From: Pseudomonadota bacterium
Lineage (GTDB): Bacteria; Bdellovibrionota_B; Oligoflexia; Oligoflexales; CAIMVM01
Reading direction: 5' to 3'
Length of the DNA stretch: 64,000 bases
Assembly (NCBI GenBank): GCA_037142195.1
Contig: JBAXBA010000001.1
Coordinates: forward strand, 178,345-242,344
Part shown: in pieces, positions 40,757 through 50,391 of the stretch
How positions within the stretch are numbered: the first letter of the stretch is position 1
Layout of the letters: the number at the start of each line of letters is the position of its first letter
The notes under the pieces: model-generated
Databases searched by the model: none
What the model was told of the DNA's origin: nothing
Seen by the model: only the letters and a program-made list of their open reading frames with translations
Program-made: the position numbers and the translations under genes

Positions 40757-43453
40757 CTATCTGCAGTCTTCTAGATGACCTTGCAATTGTTTTTCCAGAT
40801 TCAACAATTTGATTCGGTCTGTTTCCTTAGCAATAAGCTTCATCGCTTGGTCCACGCCAGCAGATTTTTCAGCAAAGGCATTTTGATCGCACTTAGACCA
40901 AATGGGGTCAGAGAAAAACGTTGAAGCTAAAACTTGGCCCTTACTTAACAAATATTTTTCAGAAAGTACCGGTATGTAGCCCAGAAAATTCTTGGCTAAG
41001 TTGGAATACCTTGAACCATATGAGGGGTTTAGCAACTTACCTGAGGCTTTGGAAATAGGCCCAAGGCCCACGCAGTCAAGGCGAGAGCTGACGCCAAAAA
41101 GCCTTTCGCAGGACCAACTTGTTGTCTGAGCCAGTTCAGACATCACCACAATGTCTTCAAAGTCCTTTTTTGACCAAAGTTCACTAACCGCTACCTTGAT
41201 AAGTTCCTTTAAATCAGAATCATTTTCACTCACTTGCTCTGGATGATCTTTAACGCGGGCGGTTTCTTGAGCTTTAAATTCCCTCGCAGCTTGAAGGGTA
41301 TCTTTGAGTTGTTTCAGCTCCTCTAGAGAAACCTTCTTTTGTAAGATGCTGTTATAAAAGCTATTCCCAAAGGAATCTAAGTCTAAGCTCAGGCTCTGGT
41401 CTTTAATGAAAATAGCTAAGTCTTTCATTTCTTGAGAAATGCTGGCAGCGTAGGTTAAACTTTCAGGTTGAGCTTTAGGAGAATTTTTTAGAGACTCCAA
41501 TAGAGTTGTTGTGCTCTCGGGAAATGCTTCAGACACATTATTAAAGGCGGCATAAATTTGCGGAAGATCGCTATATTCCACGGACTTGGTGTCGAGCCAA
41601 GCAACAGTCGCACCCACCAGGCGATTCCTAATGGAAACGAGACCTGAAAACGGGCTAAGGGCGGTTTTTATCTCACTAAGTCTTGTTGACCATTCGCGCA
41701 AGTGATCTAAAGAAATTTGCCGTTGTAGGATCTGATCAAATACCTGTAACTGAAAATCGAGATAGCCCGTATCTTTTGAAAGACTGAGTGCGTTAGTGGC
41801 TTCTTGTTTAAAGGAATCATCTAGATTCAGAGCGTAGGAAATCGCGGCAGAAGAAGAATTTGGATATTCTCTTAAGGTTTGAATTAAAGCAAGGGTTGAC
41901 TGTTTAAAAGCCACATAAGTGTTGTCTAGAGCTCGGATCATCTCCTCTATGGATGATGGGGACACGGGAAGGTCTTTAAAGGCCCAGTTCATGCCCATGA
42001 GAAAGAGAGTAGAGGCTTCAGGAGCCAAATTCTTTGACTGTTCTAAAGGAGTCCTAATCTGACTTGAAATGGCAGCTAAGTTTGGAACTAGAACCGTTTT
42101 GCTTTGGGGATCAAGTTCCAAGATGAGATTCTTATTTTCTTTGAGCGCTTTTATGGCGAGGTCTGAAAGAACTTGGTCCCACCCCATATAGCTAAATGAA
42201 CTCGACGGTTTTACACCAGAAAAGATCGTAGGAATTAATGTTTTATAGGCGCCATTGCTCGATAAAGTTAAGTCTAAGTTTTCAAACAGGATCTGACAAG
42301 GTGCCAGCATATAAACCACAGAGGGAGTAATTTGGTTCGTTAGAGCTGAGTCTTTGACAATTCCGTAACCTCTATCTAATGCACACTCACTAGCCTCTAC
42401 TGCGTCATAAGGCTTCAATTTGTCCGGCTTGGTCGAATGCACCGAATAAGAATAGGATTCTGGACCTTTCTTTGCTTCCCATTCCAGTGCTACCGGAAGA
42501 GTTCCACGGCTCTTTGAACTCGCACCGTTGCTAAATGCCAGAACGGGTACAGGTATTCTAACCTCGTAAGCAAGCCTAACCGTATCCAAGTTTACAAGGT
42601 CTCTTACGGAATCTAATGGAGCCATTATCGACGAATCGTTAAAGCTCGTCCAAAGGGCCGCCTTGTCACCGGCAATTCTGAGTGAAGACCAAGAGCTCAA
42701 GGAAGGCTTAAGAGTGAGTAGTCTCTTGGCAAGGTTTGGAGGGATGCCGAGCTGACCTGCTACCAAGGTCCTTGTCGATTCCAGGGGCGCCAATTCTTTT
42801 GCCAGTGCGGGACTCAGACCTGGACTCTTAAATTCCCCGAGTCCGGCCCGCCCAATGGCATTTATAGTAGGTGAGCCTTTGATTTCGAGTGGAGAAGGAG
42901 TCTTATCTCCCATTCCGACGCCGATATTGAAGCTAGCAGCGAGCTTGGTTTCAAAAACCTTTTGACCGAAAACAAAGAGCTCACAATCGAGGCCGCGGCG
43001 ATGGGCCTCGGCCTCTATTTGGGTGGCCACTCCGTTAATGGTCACCACTTCGGTCAATTTACTAACTTCGTCTGAATAGTCAGTTTGATAGGAACTGACT
43101 ATTGCTGCCTTTTCTCCATCGGAATAAACTAAAGATCCGGAATTCCCGTTTAGGAGCAAAAGCCCATCGAGACCGACACTTCTGTCCTGATTTTTCTCTA
43201 ATTTCTCAATATTGAAATCTGAAAAAGCTTCCTCAGCAGAGCAGCTTTTTACAATGCTGGCTTTCCAGGCGTCATAGCTTTGACGGTACTCGGGAGAAAG
43301 CCTTGCCAGAGCCTCTTCGGGGGTCTTGGGTTGATCGGTCGAGGGACCATTGCCAGAGCCGCTTCGTTTACCTGAGGATTTAGAACAGCTTATAACTGAG
43401 CCTAACAAAAAAATAGAGATCGCCAGTTTCATGGACATGGATAACCTTCGCAT
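40757..43453 (-). CDS. Large orphan lipoprotein with internal 128-aa helical repeat
   Basis: Lipobox VISC; 898-aa open frame; duplicated helical segment. Confidence 0.8.
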   Translation of the reverse strand: MRRLSMSMKLAISIFLLGSVISCSKSSGKRSGSGNGPSTDQPKTPEEALARLSPEYRQSYDAWKASIVKSCSAEEAFSDFNIEKLEKNQDRSVGLDGLLLLNGNSGSLVYSDGEKAAIVSSYQTDYSDEVSKLTEVVTINGVATQIEAEAHRRGLDCELFVFGQKVFETKLAASFNIGVGMGDKTPSPLEIKGSPTINAIGRAGLGEFKSPGLSPALAKELAPLESTRTLVAGQLGIPPNLAKRLLTLKPSLSSWSSLRIAGDKAALWTSFNDSSIMAPLDSVRDLVNLDTVRLAYEVRIPVPVLAFSNGASSKSRGTLPVALEWEAKKGPESYSYSVHSTKPDKLKPYDAVEASECALDRGYGIVKDSALTNQITPSVVYMLAPCQILFENLDLTLSSNGAYKTLIPTIFSGVKPSSSFSYMGWDQVLSDLAIKALKENKNLILELDPQSKTVLVPNLAAISSQIRTPLEQSKNLAPEASTLFLMGMNWAFKDLPVSPSSIEEMIRALDNTYVAFKQSTLALIQTLREYPNSSSAAISYALNLDDSFKQEATNALSLSKDTGYLDFQLQVFDQILQRQISLDHLREWSTRLSEIKTALSPFSGLVSIRNRLVGATVAWLDTKSVEYSDLPQIYAAFNNVSEAFPESTTTLLESLKNSPKAQPESLTYAASISQEMKDLAIFIKDQSLSLDLDSFGNSFYNSILQKKVSLEELKQLKDTLQAAREFKAQETARVKDHPEQVSENDSDLKELIKVAVSELWSKKDFEDIVVMSELAQTTSWSCERLFGVSSRLDCVGLGPISKASGKLLNPSYGSRYSNLAKNFLGYIPVLSEKYLLSKGQVLASTFFSDPIWSKCDQNAFAEKSAGVDQAMKLIAKETDRIKLLNLEKQLQGHLEDCR

Positions 43454-44716
43454 TTATGGGAGAATTCTGAGAGCGACACGCCTCAACCTTATTTAAAAAA
43501 GCGAGGTAGTCTTAACACCTGCCAAAACCGGCGGTCAAGGTGCCAAACTTAGAATCGCTTGGGGGCTGCTTTCAGTAACCTCTTTTGTTGCGATTAAAGA
43601 AGGCCTAGCTTGCTGGATTCGAGAGAGCTTGGGCTCATCTAGACTTTTTCGCCAGTAATTCAAGTACTGGCTCCTGACGTTGTTTTGGAGTCCCGTCAAG
43701 AGGTCATTTTTGGTTTGCATTCCCGTTGTGACAAATTTGGAGACCACCGCAAGTCTTTCCCTTTTGAAAGAGGAAAAAGGCGGATAGGAACGACATAGTT
43801 TTATATGGCGCCAGCCATGTAGGCCTATGGGTTTCTCTTCGCCAAGGAGGAAACGATCTTCAGATAGATTTGAGCCCAAAGACTTGGGCGGTTCAAAAAC
43901 TATTCTTGATGGGAGTGAATATTTAAGGGGTTATATGGATATGAATTCGCTGGATTTGTGCCCGCCTTCAAAATTATCACCCTTTTTAGATAGTTATGTC
44001 TTAGAGAAACACCACCTCCCCGACTCACCCAAAAGTCCCACAATTATCCGAAACATCAAACCTATCAAAGCTTTGCAGCTGAGGTGCCTCATTGCTTTAA
44101 AGGGAAAAGGTGACTTTTAAGCCGCCCACGAGCGAGCTGCAAGGAGTGAGGTTTACGGTGCCAAAAGCCCCACAAATATCGCCTATCCAGCCATGTAAGT
44201 ACCATCATTTATTTGATCTTTCTAAGTAATGTGGGCGAAGGTAAACAGAGATTTTTTGGCATCCAGATAGGTGAGCCATCCCATCTACCATCAATAAAAG
44301 AATGGGGAACTATTTTTAGAAAAAAATTTTAATGAAGATATCAAAATTAGCGCCGTATTTTTCACGACTTGTAGGCGACATAGAAGTTGCTTTTTTGATG
44401 AGTGTCTGTAATGACGTCCCATTTTTTTGGGACGAACGAGCACCGACATAAAATAGAGCCAAAAATGGTTTTTATTTTGAAGTCTTACATAAAAAATGAA
44501 TCGGTCTTTTTTCGGGGAATGAGCTGCAAACGCCGTCTTTTTGCAGAAAGTAAGGTTTGGAAAGATCCCTTAAAAACCTCATTTCTACAGAAATTTTCGA
44601 AGCCTATACGAATATTGAGCCCCTTTAAATCCCTTCAGCACTCGAGCTACTCCCACAGGTAGATTCGGTAATGGGCAGCAAATTCTAGAATATTCTTGGC
44701 ATGTTGTTTTTTTTAT

Positions 44717-44743
44717 TAAAGACTCTTTGCTTTTTTCCGAAAC
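44717..44743 (+). promoter_or_regulatory. Sigma28-like promoter for the LysM gene
   Basis: TAAA-gactctttgcttttt(15)-TCCGAAAC. Confidence 0.55.
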
Positions 44744-44785
44744 ACCTCCGCGTCAAGAATGAGGATCTTTCGAAAGGGAATAAAA

Positions 44786-45829
44786 ATGATTTTGAGACAC
44801 TTCAAAACGAGATTTGGGATTGTTTTGGGCGGCGCATTAGTGGCCCTAAACTTGTCTTGTTCTTCGTCTAATGAGCAGTTGGAAGATCCTGTTTCTACTG
44901 TAGATGCTGCACAACCAAATCTAGAGGAAGGCAGTTTATCTGATGCCAATGTCGATGAGTCCTTTTCGGCCTCTATGGATTCCGCCGCGGCTACACCTGG
45001 TCCTTCCGCCTCTGAGCAGCCTGCTCCTGAAAAAACTGTGGCTGAGCAATCTTCTGTTGCAGAGACTCCTGTTGCAGAGCAATTAACTGTAGAGCCGTCT
45101 GTTTCTGGGCAAACCATGACTGAACCTTCACAGGAACTCAGTGTAGATAGTGCTTTAGCGCAAAATATTCCAGCCTTGGAAGCTGCGAAAACAGATGGTT
45201 ATCAGGGAGCTGAAGGCTTTTCAGCGGATTCTGCAACCAAGTCTCCAGAGACGGCATCACCAGAGACGGAAACCTCGTCGGCAGAGGCCAGCGGTCCGGC
45301 TGTATCTAGTGAGGTAGCTTCCGAACAGCCGGTCTCTGCTCCTAGCGCCAAGCAATCAGAAGCCCTTAAGAAGAGTGGAAACTCCTTTGTATACACGGTT
45401 AAAAAAGGAGACTGGCTTTCCAAAGTAGCCCTTAAGGTCTATGGCCCCGAAGGTTCTTGGCAAGACATTTCAGAAAGAAATGGCCTTAAGGATGCAAATC
45501 GCATTCAGCCAGGGCAGAAGCTGATTCTTGAAGTCAAAAATGAAGCTTCTAAAAAGTTTGCCAAAGCCTATGGAAACATAGTGTTCCAGAAAGTAACTGA
45601 TTATCCTAGTGTACAACCTAATGGAGTTGCCACCATCTTTGCACAGCCAGGAGACTCACTCTCCAAACTTGCGGCCTTGATCTATGGGTCGCAAGGAAGT
45701 TGGAAGTCTCTTTATGCCATGAATCAAAAATCTGTTGCGGATGCCGATCTCATCTATGTAAAGCAAAAAATTACCTTTAAAGCAGAATTCCCAAAAGACA
45801 CTTCATTTGAAGATAGCTCAGCCCATTGA
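44786..45829 (+). CDS. Lipoprotein with acidic disordered linker and two LysM domains
   Basis: Lipobox NLSC; Ser/Glu/Ala/Pro-rich linker; YTVKKGDWLSKVA...IQPGQKL and AQPGDSLSKLA...IYVKQKI. Confidence 0.88.
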   Translation: MILRHFKTRFGIVLGGALVALNLSCSSSNEQLEDPVSTVDAAQPNLEEGSLSDANVDESFSASMDSAAATPGPSASEQPAPEKTVAEQSSVAETPVAEQLTVEPSVSGQTMTEPSQELSVDSALAQNIPALEAAKTDGYQGAEGFSADSATKSPETASPETETSSAEASGPAVSSEVASEQPVSAPSAKQSEALKKSGNSFVYTVKKGDWLSKVALKVYGPEGSWQDISERNGLKDANRIQPGQKLILEVKNEASKKFAKAYGNIVFQKVTDYPSVQPNGVATIFAQPGDSLSKLAALIYGSQGSWKSLYAMNQKSVADADLIYVKQKITFKAEFPKDTSFEDSSAH

Positions 45830-45918
45830 ATCCAAATGGTCCCATCGTAGATCGGGATCTCATCAAGTTCACTTTCGAAATCCAAAGAATAAGTAAGACC
45901 TGAGAAAAGCCTTGAGTT

Positions 45919-46440
45919 TTAAGATTTGTAACTCCAAAAAGAATAACGCCTACCTAAGTCAGTGGTTTCAATTTCAAGGAGATGGGTAGGAAAGCGCTTC
46001 GAAGATTCCGCCATCCTTTCTGGCCACTCTAAGATATAGCCGCCGTAAGATCTCAAGTCCTCTGCCACGATGTCTTCTATGTCGAGTTCGAAATCAGATC
46101 GATAGAGATCAAGATGCGCGAGCCAAATTCCACTTTGAGTTTTGTATTCAGCTAAGTAGGTATAGGTGGGAGATGTGACCGCAATATTTCTGTCAACCCC
46201 AAGCTCTGTAAACAAGGGTTTGCAAAATGTAGTCTTACCTGCCCCAACTTCTCCTAAGAGCCACAAGCAAAAAGGCTTCCTTGAATTTAGGCGACTTGAT
46301 TCCAACTCCTGGGCGACTCTGCCTGCCCATTCCGGCAGCCCAGCTTCTGCAAACTCTGCAGTCGCTAAAAGGGTCCAAGTACCAGACCATTTTATTTCAG
46401 GGCTGAGCAGTTTAGGACTCTTCATAGTTAGAGGCTTCAT
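45919..46440 (-). CDS. tsaE: tRNA threonylcarbamoyladenosine biosynthesis ATPase TsaE
   Basis: LGEVGAGKTT, VTSPTYT, HLDLYR, LEWPE. Confidence 0.93.
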   Translation of the reverse strand: MKPLTMKSPKLLSPEIKWSGTWTLLATAEFAEAGLPEWAGRVAQELESSRLNSRKPFCLWLLGEVGAGKTTFCKPLFTELGVDRNIAVTSPTYTYLAEYKTQSGIWLAHLDLYRSDFELDIEDIVAEDLRSYGGYILEWPERMAESSKRFPTHLLEIETTDLGRRYSFWSYKS

Positions 46441-47801
46441 TTTTGACTGGTCTCATTGATTTCCCGGAGTAATAAACTTGAGAGTTCTGCAACCATAAGT
46501 TCGACCGCTTTTTCATCTTGGCCCTCTGCCATAACCCGAGCCTTATTCTCGGTCCCTGAATACCTCACAACAAGTCGCCCTACGCCTTCCAGCGAAGTTT
46601 CGCAGTCTTTTAAAAAAGAAGCAAACTTCGGCAAATTTTCAAAGGCGATTTTCTCTTTTACTTCAAAGGAATTGAGCACTTGAGGCATGCGACTCATTCC
46701 CGACTTAAGCTCATGGACAGACTTGCCGCGCTCTAAAACAATTTCTAAAATCTTGAGTGCTGCTAAGATGCCGTCACCGGTCGTGGCTGCATCTTTAAAT
46801 ATGATGTGCCCAGACTGTTCGCCGCCCAGATTAAAGTTTCCTTTTCTCATGGCGTCCATGACGTAACGGTCACCCACTTGAGTACGAAAAACCTTTCCAC
46901 CGACCTTTTGAAGGGCAAGATCCAAGCCCATATTACTCATAATCGTAGCCACCAAAGTGTTTTGATTGAGTTTTTTTTCCTGAATCATATGCAGGGCCGA
47001 CATCGCTAGAACCTCATCCCCGTCAACGATTTCTCCTTTATTATCGACGACCACCAGTCTATCGGCGTCCCCATCAAAGGCGAGACCAATGTCAGCTTTA
47101 TAAAGTTTTACCTTCTCGGCCAGCTCTTGAGGGTGGAGGGCTCCCACTTGATGGTTGATATTGGTTCCATCGGGATGATTTCCGATCACAAATAGCTCGG
47201 CCCCAAGTTCTTCAAAAACTTTTGGCGCGACTCGGTAGCTTGCCCCATGGGCCGTGTCTAAAACGATTCGCATGCCCTCGAGGGTAAGATGTTTCGGAAA
47301 CTGCTCTTTTAGAAATACGGCATACTGACCAATGGCATCATCAATGCGTCGGGCTGTTCCGACCCCTTTTCCGGTGGGGAGCTCTTTTGAGAGGTCGAGT
47401 GACAAGACCATTTGTTCTAACTCAAGCTCTGCGCTGTCCGCGATTTTAAACCCATCACTTCCAAAGATTTTGATGCCGTTGTCATAGTAAGGGTTATGAG
47501 AGGCTGAGATCACGATGCCGGCAGTTGCCCTTAGGCCTCGAGTCAAATAAGCAATCCCTGGTGTTGGAAGTGGGCCAAGAAACAAGGTGTCGGCACCCAC
47601 AGAACACATGCCGGAGCATAGGGCCTGTTCGAGCATATATCCTGACCGCCGGGTATCTTTGCCAATTAAAATTTTGGGGCGATCGTGCTGTTTTTGGAAA
47701 TAGGTACCGATGGCTTGTCCGAGCTTTAAAACTAACTCTGGAGACATAGGGTAGGAATTTGCCCTTCCTCTAATACCATCTGTGCCAAAAAGTTTTCCCA
47801 T
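46437..47801 (-). CDS. glmM: Phosphoglucosamine mutase
   Basis: FGTDGIRG, ISASHNP, DGDADR, GGEQSGH, RYSGTE. Confidence 0.97.
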   Translation of the reverse strand: MGKLFGTDGIRGRANSYPMSPELVLKLGQAIGTYFQKQHDRPKILIGKDTRRSGYMLEQALCSGMCSVGADTLFLGPLPTPGIAYLTRGLRATAGIVISASHNPYYDNGIKIFGSDGFKIADSAELELEQMVLSLDLSKELPTGKGVGTARRIDDAIGQYAVFLKEQFPKHLTLEGMRIVLDTAHGASYRVAPKVFEELGAELFVIGNHPDGTNINHQVGALHPQELAEKVKLYKADIGLAFDGDADRLVVVDNKGEIVDGDEVLAMSALHMIQEKKLNQNTLVATIMSNMGLDLALQKVGGKVFRTQVGDRYVMDAMRKGNFNLGGEQSGHIIFKDAATTGDGILAALKILEIVLERGKSVHELKSGMSRMPQVLNSFEVKEKIAFENLPKFASFLKDCETSLEGVGRLVVRYSGTENKARVMAEGQDEKAVELMVAELSSLLLREINETSQK

Positions 47802-47820
47802 TTTATGTTTCCTTTCAGAA

Positions 47821-48747
47821 TTAGCGGCGCGTATTTTGGTGAATCTCTACCAAGGCCTCGCTTGGCATCGTCTCAATCAAGGTGGTATCTACAGGTATTT
47901 TGACCTGAATTCTCCGGTGATGGGATCCAGGTGGAAGCTCACTGGCATCGACAAAAGCCTGAATCTCCTTGCGCTCGACTGCTTCTATACTTTTCTTTGT
48001 GCCTTGTAAAACAATGCTTACAAACTTAGGGCTGTAAGCAGTAGATTTGCTGGCGCCTTCGAGAGACAAAGGGATAGAAATAAACTGGCGGTTAACGCGA
48101 CTTTCACCTAACTGGATTTGGGCTGTAACGCGGTCAGGAGATGCGGTTAATCCTTTAGCTGAGTCCAAAACAAGACCCGACTCCATGGATTGTGATGCTT
48201 TCAGCCCAGAAATATCTAAAGGCAAGGTCGAGATTTCTGGTGTTTTGTCAATTTCTGACTTCGGTCCAGTCACCATCACACTATTTGGCTTTAATTCAAT
48301 TTTTTCTACGGTCATGCCCGAACCAGGAAGACCTTGAGTCATCGCCTTAAGAGTAATCGAACGAGATATCTTTTGATCGATAAAAATAGACACTATGGGA
48401 TCATGAATCACGATGTCCAGCTTTGGATTCCAACCTTCGATCATGTGCTTTTCTATGCGAAATTCTTGGGCGCCCATTCTACCTTTGGGAATCATCAACT
48501 GAGCTTCTATGGATTGACTAATGTAATAGCTTTGAAGGACTCTTGGTCCTTTGATAGTCGCTTCCAGATACCGAACTTTGGAACCTTTTACAACGAGTCC
48601 CGGATCTACAACAATATTTACGGCTATTTTTTTATTGACCTCGACAATCTCTTCTCCTTGCACAAAATACCAAAGCATAGATCCCAACAAAAGCGCTGTG
48701 GCTTTGTAGCTCAGGTTGTAGGTTAATCTAGCTAAAAAAGTCTTCAT
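47821..48747 (-). CDS. cdaR: YbbR/CdaR-family diadenylate cyclase regulator
   Basis: N-terminal TM (LWYFV), YbbR-like repeats (PNSVMVTGP, PKFVSIVLQG); between cdaA and glmM. Confidence 0.85.
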   Translation of the reverse strand: MKTFLARLTYNLSYKATALLLGSMLWYFVQGEEIVEVNKKIAVNIVVDPGLVVKGSKVRYLEATIKGPRVLQSYYISQSIEAQLMIPKGRMGAQEFRIEKHMIEGWNPKLDIVIHDPIVSIFIDQKISRSITLKAMTQGLPGSGMTVEKIELKPNSVMVTGPKSEIDKTPEISTLPLDISGLKASQSMESGLVLDSAKGLTASPDRVTAQIQLGESRVNRQFISIPLSLEGASKSTAYSPKFVSIVLQGTKKSIEAVERKEIQAFVDASELPPGSHHRRIQVKIPVDTTLIETMPSEALVEIHQNTRR

Positions 48748-48753
48748 TCTTGC

Positions 48754-49575
48754 TTAACCCCTCCATCTGCCAAGGCGTTCAAAAACTGTTTTTAAATTGG
48801 ATTCATGGCTTGCCTGGGAATCAATTCGCATGAGCTGGGAGAGCTTGACTTTGATTTGCTCTGTGGTTTGTTTGGGATAAATATGACCATCGGCCACTAA
48901 GGAAACGGTCCCCTTTTCTTCAGACACCAAAATGACCAAAGCATCCGTTTCCAGACTAATGCCGACCGCGGCTCGATGCCTTGTGCCGCCGGGAATCGCC
49001 GAATGGCCATCGCTTTTTGCCAAGGGCAAAAAACATCCCGCAGCAGCGATCTTGCCATTTTGAATGATCACAGCTCCATCGTGTATAGGCGAAGTCGTTT
49101 GAAAAATAGACATTAAAAGTTCTTTCGAGACAACTCCGTCAATGGTCGTGCCGACGGCTATAAATCGAGAAAGAAGAATATTTCTTTCAAATACGATGAG
49201 TGCACCTGTATTTTTAGAAGCAAGACTGATGGCAGATTTTGCGACTTCTTCAATAATTCGAGAAGGTGTTTGTCCCTCTGACGAAGAAACTATGGGTTTC
49301 TTTCCAATCCTTGACAAAGCATTTCTAAGTTCATCCTGAAACAAAATAACTATAATCACCAAAAAAGAGGAATAAAATTTACCCATGACCCAATTGACAG
49401 TGGTGAGAGGAACTACGCTAGAGAATAGAAAAGTACCCAAAATGACCAGGATTCCTGTCAATACCTGAGCTGCCTTCGTTCCTCGGATGAGGCTCATAAT
49501 CTGGTAAATAATGGCAGAGATGATCAAGATGTCGACTATGGCCCATGGCCCAAGAAGTCCCACAATTTCCGACAT
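48754..49575 (-). CDS. cdaA: Diadenylate cyclase CdaA/DacA
   Basis: Three TMs, FQDELR, GALIVFER, IHDGAVII (DGA), GTRHRAA (RHR), VSEEKG. Confidence 0.95.
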   Translation of the reverse strand: MSEIVGLLGPWAIVDILIISAIIYQIMSLIRGTKAAQVLTGILVILGTFLFSSVVPLTTVNWVMGKFYSSFLVIIVILFQDELRNALSRIGKKPIVSSSEGQTPSRIIEEVAKSAISLASKNTGALIVFERNILLSRFIAVGTTIDGVVSKELLMSIFQTTSPIHDGAVIIQNGKIAAAGCFLPLAKSDGHSAIPGGTRHRAAVGISLETDALVILVSEEKGTVSLVADGHIYPKQTTEQIKVKLSQLMRIDSQASHESNLKTVFERLGRWRG

Positions 49576-50387
49576 TACGCCTCCCTCGCAAGTTGCCTAA
49601 CTTTCACAAGTCCTTTAACATCATGGGTGCGAACCAGAGATGCTCCCATAAGGGCAAGTGCTGCCTCTAAAACTTTACTTCCAGGATCTCGAAGACTCGG
49701 CTCCGAAATGGACAACATACGACCGATGATACCTTTTCTAGATACCCCTATCATTAGATTATATACATTTGACCAACAAACCGTATTTCCAAGAAGGACA
49801 AAATTTGCCGGATCCGTTTTTCCAAAACCAATGCCAGGATCCAAAATAATACAGTCCTTTGAAAAGCCAGCCTCTAAAAGCGTCGCGTGGGATCTTTTAA
49901 AGAAGTCATCTACAACAGATAAGACATCTTCTGCCCGCAAGGGGTTATCTTGCATGGTCTCGGGAGAGCCGTGCATATGGCCAGCGCAAAATCTTAGAGT
50001 CTGGTTTCTCAATTTGGAAATGCGAAGAAGCTCTTTTAAGCAGGAATTGGAAAAAGCGCCCGACATAGAGTTTATGACGGCTATTGAGAATTTTTCCACC
50101 GCTTTGATAGCAACGTCTTCCTTCATTGTATCTAGGGAGATGGGAATAGAAAATACTTTCAATAGCTCTAACTTATCTTCTAATCGAGTCCACTCTTCCC
50201 CACTAGATATGGCCGTTGCCCCGGGCCTGGTAGATTCTGCACCGACATCAAGATAGTCTGCTCCCTCGGCAATGAGGGTGCGAACCCTGTCTAAAAAGAG
50301 CTCAGGAGATTGATGTGAGCCCCCATCTGAAAATGAATCAGGCGTCACATTCATGACGCCTAATATTTTAAAATCAGAAAGAGCCAA
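49575..50387 (-). CDS. folP: Dihydropteroate synthase
   Basis: MNVTPDSFSDGG, GAESTRPG, DPGIGFGK, GVSRK, RTHDV. Confidence 0.96.
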   Translation of the reverse strand: MALSDFKILGVMNVTPDSFSDGGSHQSPELFLDRVRTLIAEGADYLDVGAESTRPGATAISSGEEWTRLEDKLELLKVFSIPISLDTMKEDVAIKAVEKFSIAVINSMSGAFSNSCLKELLRISKLRNQTLRFCAGHMHGSPETMQDNPLRAEDVLSVVDDFFKRSHATLLEAGFSKDCIILDPGIGFGKTDPANFVLLGNTVCWSNVYNLMIGVSRKGIIGRMLSISEPSLRDPGSKVLEAALALMGASLVRTHDVKGLVKVRQLAREA

Positions 50388-50391
50388 GAGA

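Noticed and set aside
43459..43510. TPP-riboswitch-like fragments (CTGAGA...AACCTTAT...AGCGAGG)
   Set aside because: Stems and core are incomplete, and no thiamine-related gene lies downstream on that strand.
43530..43545. Sigma54-like TGGCACCTTGACCGCC upstream of the 898-aa lipoprotein
   Set aside because: GG-N10-GC spacing is correct but the -12 element lacks TT; too weak to call.
43535..44662. ORFs 43535-43879(-), 43827-44120(+) and 44402-44662(+)
   Set aside because: No recognisable motifs or convincing RBS, and two overlap each other; also no tmRNA, RNase P or SRP signature seen here.
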